A stretch of 32,000 nt of DNA from Thiotrichaceae bacterium (lineage in GTDB: Bacteria; Pseudomonadota; Gammaproteobacteria; Thiotrichales; Thiotrichaceae). Both the position numbers and the translations under genes were made by a program. Each line of letters opens with the position of its first letter. Position 1 is the stretch's first letter. Under the pieces are notes generated by a model. The model did no database searches. It saw only the letters and a list, made by a program, of their open reading frames with translations, and had not been told where the DNA came from. The stretch spans positions 206,069 through 238,068 of the forward strand of contig CBDCZP010000005.1 of assembly GCA_965224605.1 (NCBI GenBank), read 5' to 3'. Shown piece by piece: positions 9,714 to 17,343 of this stretch.

Positions 9714-10209
9714 TTGATACTTTGCCTCTATTAATAATGGGTCTATAAAATGTGAGATTCTGTTTGTTTTTGTTAGTTCACTCTACATGCCATTACGATC
9801 AACAGCTAACACAAACAGTCATCTTTTTATTTATCGTTCAATGCCGATTATATATTGATACGGCTTTAAATGAAAAAGATGTTTACCAATAAACACTCAG
9901 TACATATGGGCAATCATCAGTTTTCCAACTCTAAATAAGCACTGCATAATAATTTTCTAAAAGCTGCTGATTTAGCTCAGGAACCTCTGATTAAGTCATG
10001 TTTTCTGGAAGTGAGCCTTCAAGAGCACCATACGGCGTTTTAAATCAATATCTTATGAGAATAAAAAACGATGCTCTCAGAGCATTTTCACTTGTCAGAG
10101 TTTCCCTAAACTCACCGCGCTTCTAGCATTGATTATATCGATAAATGACTAGAAGCTGAATCGGTTAATGTATAGGATAGCAGACTGAAATATAACGATG
10201 GGAAAAACC

Positions 10210-11199
10210 ATGAAATATCACGTTTATGCGATTGGAAATGCACTGGTAGACAAAGAATTTGAAGTCACTGATGAGTTTCTAAAAGAAAATAATATTGAAA
10301 AAGGCATGATGTCTTTGCTTGATGAAGAAGCTCATATAATCCTACTTGATACCTTAAAAAAGCAATTCGGTCTAAAAAAACGGGCTGGCGGCGGTTCTGC
10401 TGCCAACAGTATTGTCGCTATTAGTCAATTCGGTGGAGATACTTTTTATGCTTGTAAAGTAGCTAATGATGAGCAAGGTGATTTCTATCGAACAAACCTA
10501 CAAGAAGCAGGGGTAACTACTTTTCTGGATAAAGTACAATGTGAGGGTAACACTGGAAAATGTATGGTTATGGTGACTCCCGATGCAGAACGCACCATGA
10601 ATACTTTTCTAGGCATCACTTCGGATTTTTCTGAAGAAGAGTTGCATCTGGACGAGCTAAAACAGGCTGAATACCTTTATATTGAAGGTTATTTGGTCAC
10701 TTCTGATGTTTCAAGGGAAGCGGCATTAAAAGCAAGAAAAGTAGCCAATGAGAATGGTATAAAAACAGCAATGACTTTCTCTGATCCTTCCATGGTGACT
10801 TACTTCAGTGATGGCATTAAAGAAATGTTTGCCGATGGAGTAGATATTTTATTCTGTAATGAAGAAGAAGCACTCACTTTCACTGGCACAGAAAATCTGC
10901 AGGACGCAATAGCTTCTCTAGCACCAAAAGTAGGCAAGCTGGTAATTACATTAGGCGCGAAAGGTGCATGTATTGTACATAATGGCGAAACCACCTTCGT
11001 TGATGCACAAAAAGCGGATGCTATTGATACCAATGGTGCTGGCGATATGTTTGCCGGAGCGTTCCTTTATGGGATCACTCATGGATTAAGTGACCAACAA
11101 GCAGGGAACTTGGCCAATATGGCAGCCGCTAAAGTTGTAGCAACCTTTGGCGCTCGACTAAAGAAAGAAGTACATCAGGAATTGCTTTCTAAGGTATAG
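10210..11199 (+). CDS. PfkB-family kinase, adenosine-kinase-like
   Basis: The N-terminus is 'MKYHVYAIGNALVDKEF', with the GG motif 'AGGGSAANS' and the C-terminal PfkB signature 'DTNGAGDMFAGAFLYG'. The ATG at 10210 (preceded by GGGA) is preferred over the ATG at 10198; either is possible. Confidence 0.8.
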   Translation: MKYHVYAIGNALVDKEFEVTDEFLKENNIEKGMMSLLDEEAHIILLDTLKKQFGLKKRAGGGSAANSIVAISQFGGDTFYACKVANDEQGDFYRTNLQEAGVTTFLDKVQCEGNTGKCMVMVTPDAERTMNTFLGITSDFSEEELHLDELKQAEYLYIEGYLVTSDVSREAALKARKVANENGIKTAMTFSDPSMVTYFSDGIKEMFADGVDILFCNEEEALTFTGTENLQDAIASLAPKVGKLVITLGAKGACIVHNGETTFVDAQKADAIDTNGAGDMFAGAFLYGITHGLSDQQAGNLANMAAAKVVATFGARLKKEVHQELLSKV

Positions 11200-11280
11200 A
11201 TGAGGCTTTGGTAAGCTGTAGATTTTCCCGAATGTAGAACTCAAGTGTATCAATAGATATTTGCACAAAAGGATCTTGGC

Positions 11281-11940
11281 ATGATCAAGACTAGCGAAAA
11301 AAACACTGCTCTTTATTATATTCATGACCCCATGTGCAGTTGGTGCTGGGGTTTCCGACCGACCTGGTTGCAGGTTCTGGAAAAACTACCCAAATCTATC
11401 AGTGTCATTTCATTATTGGGTGGGCTTGCACCTGATTCGGATCAGCCAATGCCTGCCAACATGCAGATAAAGATACGTGACATATGGAGAAGCATTCAAC
11501 AACACATTCCCGGAACTCGTTTCAATGAAGATTTTTGGGAGAAATGCCAACCTCGCCGTTCAACTTATCCTGCTTGTCGTGCTGTAATCGCAGCCCGAAA
11601 TCAACATGCTTCGTGTGAACACGCCATGATTTTAGCTATCCAGGAAGCCTATTACCTCAAGGCGCGCAATCCATCCGATATTGATGTATTGATTGATCTT
11701 GCCAATACTTTATCTCTAGCCACTAATGCCCCTTTTGATATAGATAAATTTGTATTTGATCTGTCGCATGAAGAAACACAACAGCAACTCATGCATGAGA
11801 TAGACCTCGGAAAGACCATGGGAGCCACAGGATTTCCCAGCCTTATTCTGGAAGATAAAAAAACTTATTCATTGCTTGATATTGACTACAATAATCCACA
11901 CAAAATTTTAAAGCAGATAACAACTCTTTCAGCCGATTGA
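11281..11940 (+). CDS. DsbA-family thioredoxin-fold protein (CxxC)
   Basis: The 219-aa ORF has an SD-like 'aaagga' upstream. The active-site-like motif 'DPMCSWCWGF' is at the N-terminus and 'GATGFPSLIL' (cis-Pro loop region) near the C-terminus. It has no signal peptide, so it is probably cytoplasmic. It ends 14 nt before the next gene. Confidence 0.75.
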   Translation: MIKTSEKNTALYYIHDPMCSWCWGFRPTWLQVLEKLPKSISVISLLGGLAPDSDQPMPANMQIKIRDIWRSIQQHIPGTRFNEDFWEKCQPRRSTYPACRAVIAARNQHASCEHAMILAIQEAYYLKARNPSDIDVLIDLANTLSLATNAPFDIDKFVFDLSHEETQQQLMHEIDLGKTMGATGFPSLILEDKKTYSLLDIDYNNPHKILKQITTLSAD

Positions 11941-11954
11941 AAAGGTGAGCTAGT

Positions 11955-14354
11955 ATGAAAAAAACATCAGTACACCCTTGGTTCCCAGTGTTTCTAGCGA
12001 TAGCCATACTTGCTCTTATTTTGTTATCTGTAGGTTTTTCCCAGCAATATAAATTGGCATTGGGTCAGTCAGTTTATGCAGCTGTTAATCTACTCGTTCA
12101 TGGAAATGAACTGAAACCCGACGATATAGAACACCGTTCAGAGCTAATGATCGCAGGGCAAATTCTTGGCTTTATCGCCATTTATGGCTTCATATTGCAT
12201 ATAGCATGGATTTTCTTGGGTGAAGGTTTACGTAATATATGGATTCAATGGTTTTATAAAAACCACATCATAGTCTGTGACTTGAATCCACAAGGCCAGG
12301 CCTTTATATCCAATCTACGCAACAGTCCTACAAAAGAAAAAATCGTTGTTTTACTGGAAAATGTTGAGAATGAACATGAATCTTTTTGCACACAACACAA
12401 TGCAAAACTTATCCAGGGTAATCCTCGCTTAGTCAATAAACTACATGCCGTTGCCGTGCAACGTGCGAAAGTATTAATTGTTTGTAGTGATAGCTACGAT
12501 ACCAATTTACAAATTGCTCAGGCGGCAGAGAAGAACTTATATAAACGTTCAAAAAGTGTCAGGCCACTAAATTTATACTTGTCGTTAAGCGATTCATTAG
12601 TAATAGATGGAATAGGCAATGAAAATTACAGCCACTTTCTACAACCGGGAGAAAAACTTAATCCTTATGTTTATTCTGCTGAAAACCTGATTGCCCGACA
12701 TTACTTTAATCAATACCCATCTCACACTTGGGCAGATTGGCAGGGTCAAAAACAAGTTCATTTGGTCTTTGCGGGGTTTGGAGCATTAGTAGAATCGCTC
12801 ATCTGTCAATATGCACAGATTTCACCGTATAAAGATTTTCTCCCACCTGTTTTTACATTAGTTGACCCTGAAGCAAAAAAGAAGTGTGCATTATTGATTT
12901 CCCGCTATCCCGCACTTGAAAATGGTAGAGAAAATGAGCATCAAATGATTGGAGGCTTGCATGCTATAGAGTGCCATCAAAGCTTTAAATTAAGTGATGC
13001 TCAACTGCATGAAGTGGCGACAGTCGATGGAGTTACCATACCACCCACGGCCGTCTTGTTCGCTACTCCAGATAATGCATTAAATTTTCAACACGCAGTG
13101 AGTCTTCATCAACAAACCCTACGTTTTAATCGATGGCGTGTACCGTTCTATTCATTTCTTTGTCAGGACATAGGCATACAAGCTTTATTGTCTTCTGCAA
13201 AAAGCAAACATCCAGGGGATCAACTTATTCCTTTTGGTATGGCTGAACAGGTCTTCGATCTTGATACTTTGAATGAAGTGGAATTGAATGCCTGTCTGGT
13301 GCATGAAGCTTATAAAAAGGATCAGATAGAGAAGGGCAATAATAAAGTGCCATCATGGGCATTACTACCTGAAACATATCGTGCGGCAAATCGTCGTGCC
13401 GGAGATCATATTGCAGTAAAGCTCGCTAGCTTGGGCTGCCATATTGAAGCAGGCAAGCCTCTCGTATTAGATGACGCCAGTATATTTGATATTGCCGAAG
13501 AACGATGTGCGGACCTAAGCAAACTAGAGCATCGTTCATGGCGATATGAACGATTACTCAATGGTTGGAGGTTTGGGACTGAGAGAAATGATCGGCGACG
13601 TATACATCCTTCTATTTCATTGTGGGAAGGCCTGTCAGAGGAAGAGCAACAAAAAGACGTCAATCAAATTAAGAACGTAAGAGAAGCACTCAAGCTATCA
13701 CAAAAAGATCATATTGAATCAGACACCGGGTGTTGTGGGCAGAATAATCAGCACACACCAAAACAGAAAATTCCTTTAACGGTTAGAAAAGAAGTGGTAA
13801 TAGGACTTATCGGCCATAATCACCTTACTGTGAATGAAGTAGCAATCGTTAAAGAAAAATTAAAACACGAAATTCATTATATAAAAAAGACATACTCACA
13901 CTATTTCATCACTCTCATTACGCCACTAGCACCAGGTAGCGATTTTCTTTTGGCTCATAATTTATTAGAAAACTTAAAAAAAGAAAAAGATTTGCCTCAT
14001 CGACTATTAATCATTCAAGCGATTACTCTGGACAAAGTCGTGTCCGATTATGAAACAAGCAAGAATGATAAAATTGAAGATGATAAAGAGTGGGGGAAAA
14101 AATTGAAAGACTTCATTGAGGAAAGTGAACAATGTGAAAGCATCATTGACTTAACCCTTGAAGGGGACACACATGAAGAAAATATTAATTCTTATCAAAG
14201 AGCTGCAGACTGGATCGTCGAACGTGCAGATGAATTAATCTCGGTTCATGACCCCTCAAGGGGAAAAGGTGGGAAAGCAGGTACTAGTGATACATTACAC
14301 AAGTGGAAACAGAAAAATTCCAACGTAGAGAGCAGAGTTATTGATATATCTTGA
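11955..14354 (+). CDS. multidomain membrane protein: 2-TM channel-like N-terminus + degenerate RCK/Rossmann-like modules + RyR-domain pair + C-terminal SLOG/LOG-like domain
   Basis: The 799-aa ORF has a good SD ('aaaggtgag') 7 nt upstream. TM helices are 'WFPVFLAIAILALILLSVGF' and 'LMIAGQILGFIAIYGFILHIAWIFL', separated by a short loop 'SVYAAVNLLVHGNE' with no K+ selectivity filter. The Rossmann-like starts are 'NHIIVCDLNPQGQ' and 'VHLVFAGFGALVESL'. See the sub-features for the RyR and SLOG motifs. Confidence 0.85.
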   Translation: MKKTSVHPWFPVFLAIAILALILLSVGFSQQYKLALGQSVYAAVNLLVHGNELKPDDIEHRSELMIAGQILGFIAIYGFILHIAWIFLGEGLRNIWIQWFYKNHIIVCDLNPQGQAFISNLRNSPTKEKIVVLLENVENEHESFCTQHNAKLIQGNPRLVNKLHAVAVQRAKVLIVCSDSYDTNLQIAQAAEKNLYKRSKSVRPLNLYLSLSDSLVIDGIGNENYSHFLQPGEKLNPYVYSAENLIARHYFNQYPSHTWADWQGQKQVHLVFAGFGALVESLICQYAQISPYKDFLPPVFTLVDPEAKKKCALLISRYPALENGRENEHQMIGGLHAIECHQSFKLSDAQLHEVATVDGVTIPPTAVLFATPDNALNFQHAVSLHQQTLRFNRWRVPFYSFLCQDIGIQALLSSAKSKHPGDQLIPFGMAEQVFDLDTLNEVELNACLVHEAYKKDQIEKGNNKVPSWALLPETYRAANRRAGDHIAVKLASLGCHIEAGKPLVLDDASIFDIAEERCADLSKLEHRSWRYERLLNGWRFGTERNDRRRIHPSISLWEGLSEEEQQKDVNQIKNVREALKLSQKDHIESDTGCCGQNNQHTPKQKIPLTVRKEVVIGLIGHNHLTVNEVAIVKEKLKHEIHYIKKTYSHYFITLITPLAPGSDFLLAHNLLENLKKEKDLPHRLLIIQAITLDKVVSDYETSKNDKIEDDKEWGKKLKDFIEESEQCESIIDLTLEGDTHEENINSYQRAADWIVERADELISVHDPSRGKGGKAGTSDTLHKWKQKNSNVESRVIDIS
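13285..13690 (+). other. RyR (ryanodine-receptor repeat, PF02026-like) domain pair within the 799-aa protein
   Basis: The second unit matches the RyR-domain consensus closely by eye: 'LEHRSWRYERLLNGWRFGTERNDRRRIHPSISLWEGLSEEEQQKDVNQI' (H..W......GW.[FY]G.......HP.L..[WY]..L.......D). The first unit is weaker: 'LVHEAYKKDQIEKG....SWALLPETYRAANRRAGDHI'. Confidence 0.65.
13791..14351 (+). other. SLOG/LOG-like Rossmannoid domain (putative nucleotide-ligand sensor) at the C-terminus of the 799-aa protein
   Basis: A beta1-loop 'VVIGLIGHNHL' is followed by 'ITPLAPGSDFLLAHNLL', resembling the G.A.G.D...A helix of DprA/YpsA/LOG-type SLOG domains. A distal Gly-rich loop 'GKGGKAGTSDTL' resembles LOG 'PGG.GT..E'. 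This is motif-level only and not verified by a profile search. Confidence 0.45.
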
Positions 14355-14766
14355 TGCCATTAACATTTTAAATATTTAAATTGAGAATGAATTATTTTTT
14401 TGCTTAAAATGCTAATCAACCGGTTTGTTTTTAATAAAAACAGGTTTTAACCTATTATTGAAATTTCTTAGTGGTTATATGCATAGTTTATACTATGCTT
14501 GATGGGGTATGGGGTATCTCAAACCTATTGGAAATGACGATTAAATCGGTTGATACTGACTAACGTAGAGCGAGAAGAGTGTCTTTTTTCGTTAAAATCA
14601 ACATTAGTATTAACTGATATTAATTAATATTGATTCGAATTGTATAGCTTATTAATTAAGCATTGATTTGTACAATTAATATTAGTATCCTAATTACACC
14701 CCCTCACGATAATAATACAGACGTTTAAAATGCTTGTATTTCAACACAACAAACCACATTTAAATT

Positions 14767-15948
14767 ATGAGTGATATATTCCTAAGCTACGCGAAAGCTG
14801 ATCGCGACGAACTACTCCCCTTGGTAAAGGCACTTGAAGACAAAGGATGGAACATATTTTGGGATCGCAAGATACCCATAGGAAAGACTTGGCACGGTGT
14901 ACTTGCAGCTGAGATTGAAGCCTGTAAATGCATGTTGGTCGTGTGGTCTAATTCATCTGTGCAATCTGAATGGGTACGTGAAGAAGCGCAAATAGGTAAA
15001 GATCGGCAAATTATTTTTCCAGTGAGCCTGGATGGCTCATTACCACCATTAGGTTTCGGTGGTATTCAATCTGCAAATCTTTCAGGTTGGCAAGGTGAAG
15101 AAAACCATCCCGAGTATCAAACATTTATTCGTGAATTGACGGACCATATGGGTTCTATCAAAGGTCAGATCAGAGTTGAGAAACCGGAATCGACTGACAG
15201 TATGAATGTGGCAAATGTAAATAACAGCAATCAATTTGTTGTGCCAGCCGCCGTTTCACCTCAGGCTCATTCTGATCCTTATACTCCAGCAACAGCCTAT
15301 GGAAACATACAATCCATTGCTCCGCAGGAGATACAAAAAACGGGAACCCTTAAAAAACTTATTCTAGGTGGAGTTGCCGCTGCATTTATAGCTGCCATTG
15401 CAACATTCGGTGTGATTCAATATAACGAAAAGGTTGCGTTGGAGTCCGCACAAAAAGAAATGGAACTTGAGCGAAAAAAAGCACAAGAAGCTCAAATATT
15501 AGCTGAAAAAATAAAAAAAGAAGAAGCTATTAAAGCAGAAGCAATAGCCTCTGCTAAAGCTGAAGTAGCGAGAGAAAATGCACGAAGGATAGCGAAAGAA
15601 GATAAAAAAAGGAAAAAATCAGCTGCAAAAGAAGCGGCTAACCTCGCCAAAAAAAGGCAACAAGCGGAAAAACAGATACTAGCTGATATCGCTCGACAAA
15701 ATGCGGCACAGAATGCAAAAATCAGAGCCGATGCAAACCTGAGAGCCAAACAACAACAAGAAGCTCAAAGATTAGCGCGTCAGCGAGCTGATGCCCAAAG
15801 GAGAGCTCAACAGCAGCAAGCACAAGCGGCAGCCAAAGCTCGACAGAAAAAACCTAGTACAAATAATTCTTCTCAAAAAAGCGATGCTTTTGCAGAAGGT
15901 GTAGGTGCAGCAGCAGCCGGGCTGATAGGTAAAAGACTCGGCTTTTAA
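14767..15948 (+). CDS. TIR-domain protein with a single TM helix and a Lys/Ala/Glu/Gln-rich (TolA-like) C-terminal region
   Basis: The N-terminal ~130 aa match bacterial TIR (TIR_2-like): 'DIFLSYAKADRD', 'GWNIFWDRKIPIGKTW', 'CMLVVWSNSSVQSEWVREEAQ' (a conserved Glu is present) and 'IIFPVSLDG'. The TM helix 'LILGGVAAAFIAAIATFGVIQY' spans nt 15358-15423. A ~140-aa low-complexity helical K/A/E/Q region (nt ~15430-15852) follows, and the protein ends in the Gly/Ala tail 'AFAEGVGAAAAGLIGKRLGF'. Confidence 0.85.
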   Translation: MSDIFLSYAKADRDELLPLVKALEDKGWNIFWDRKIPIGKTWHGVLAAEIEACKCMLVVWSNSSVQSEWVREEAQIGKDRQIIFPVSLDGSLPPLGFGGIQSANLSGWQGEENHPEYQTFIRELTDHMGSIKGQIRVEKPESTDSMNVANVNNSNQFVVPAAVSPQAHSDPYTPATAYGNIQSIAPQEIQKTGTLKKLILGGVAAAFIAAIATFGVIQYNEKVALESAQKEMELERKKAQEAQILAEKIKKEEAIKAEAIASAKAEVARENARRIAKEDKKRKKSAAKEAANLAKKRQQAEKQILADIARQNAAQNAKIRADANLRAKQQQEAQRLARQRADAQRRAQQQQAQAAAKARQKKPSTNNSSQKSDAFAEGVGAAAAGLIGKRLGF

Positions 15949-15999
15949 CGGCATCCTATGAAAAAATTTATTGTTTATTCGGCTACCAATGTAACCACA

Positions 16000-17343
16000 C
16001 TAAGTCCGGCTAATACGAAAGAATATGCCTGCCAGAAAAACGAATACCAGAGCATTAGCGGCCTGATGTAAATTAAAGTCTACATAACTGTGCAGTAAAA
16101 GTAGCAACATGCCAATCCCCGCACCTATTTGTAAATTATTAAACTCACCTTGTGCCTGCCCTCTGAATAAGTGGAACCAGCGAGCAAGATACAAAACAAA
16201 AAAACCAGCAATGATAATAATTCCAAACACACCCATATCCGAAATGATTTCCAAATAATCATTGTGTGCATGGTTAACAAAACTATGTTGATCAATGGGC
16301 TGATAAGCACGATATATTTCAGGAAAAGTCCCCGGGCCACTGCCCCATGGGAACATGTCTGTGATAGCACGTTGTGCATTTTCAAAAATCCGCCACCTTT
16401 CATCTTCCATGGGATCCTTGGCGAATCTATTGAGTATGGGTACTATACCTACCTTGAAAGCAATCCCTATACCAACAACACTGGCTATCATTAAAAAACC
16501 AAATGATTTAATTTTTCCGACATGATGAGCGAAGGCAAAAGATGAAAGCAACAACCCCAGCAATACCAGACCAATACCAGCTCGCGAAGCAGAGAAAAAG
16601 GAAACTAAAATCATTAATACAAGCAGTATTGTTAAGGTCAAGGAACGACTAAAGAATGAGCCACTAAAACCTCTCCTCCCCATCGAATTAGACGAGAAAG
16701 AGGCCACTAACATTCCAATAACCAATGGTAATGCTAGTTCAATTAAGCCTACGAAATGATCCCGATTTCGATAAGTACCACTTGCAGTATCCCCATGCTC
16801 AATATTACCCAGATAGAAACTATCTGTTCCTGATGCATATTGGATAATACCTAATCCCGTCTCAAAGAAGACAATCACAAAGAGCACGACAACCAAATTG
16901 CGAACATTTCTACGCGGCAAACTCATGGTAACCAAAAATAGTGCAACTAATGGAATCAGATAAAATAAAGAGCGTTTCGTGTTTTCAGGTATCAATGATA
17001 AGGATGTGTTTACGATCTCAACACCTTGAGAAGATATAAAATTTGCTACGTCCGCATAAAGCTTTCTGCCGGGCAATTCAAGCCACACGGTTTCTGGTAG
17101 TGGGACAAGAAACAATGCTACACATGCCAATGAAAAGAATATGAATAACCCATTGGCATAACCGATCTTCCCTGAGCTTCCTTGTGTCCAAAATAGCACG
17201 ATCAACATCAATATCCCTGTCATTTGAGCCGCTAATTCGAATATTTCCTTATAAGGGTTCATAAACAAGGGAGCAGAAAAAATAAGCCAGCCCGCAAGCA
17301 CCGTTAACAGCTTTGTATTTGTCATTTCAGTGCTCATTGTCAC
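16000..17343 (-). CDS. O-antigen ligase / O-antigen polymerase family (Wzy_C) membrane protein
   Basis: The 447-aa polytopic membrane protein has roughly 10-12 hydrophobic segments. A large loop carries the family motif 'HAHNDYLEIISDMGVFG'. The start is ambiguous (ATG at 17343, 17337 or 17325) and overlaps or abuts the upstream gene's stop at 17327-17329. Confidence 0.8.
   Translation of the reverse strand: MTMSTEMTNTKLLTVLAGWLIFSAPLFMNPYKEIFELAAQMTGILMLIVLFWTQGSSGKIGYANGLFIFFSLACVALFLVPLPETVWLELPGRKLYADVANFISSQGVEIVNTSLSLIPENTKRSLFYLIPLVALFLVTMSLPRRNVRNLVVVLFVIVFFETGLGIIQYASGTDSFYLGNIEHGDTASGTYRNRDHFVGLIELALPLVIGMLVASFSSNSMGRRGFSGSFFSRSLTLTILLVLMILVSFFSASRAGIGLVLLGLLLSSFAFAHHVGKIKSFGFLMIASVVGIGIAFKVGIVPILNRFAKDPMEDERWRIFENAQRAITDMFPWGSGPGTFPEIYRAYQPIDQHSFVNHAHNDYLEIISDMGVFGIIIIAGFFVLYLARWFHLFRGQAQGEFNNLQIGAGIGMLLLLLHSYVDFNLHQAANALVFVFLAGIFFRISRT

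Noticed and set aside
15492-15954. Minus-strand ORFs 15492-15749 and 15772-15954, antisense to the TIR gene's tail.
   Set aside because: They are antisense translations of the low-complexity K/A/E/Q coding repeat, giving Ala/Phe/Cys/Ser-rich nonsense. They are artefacts.
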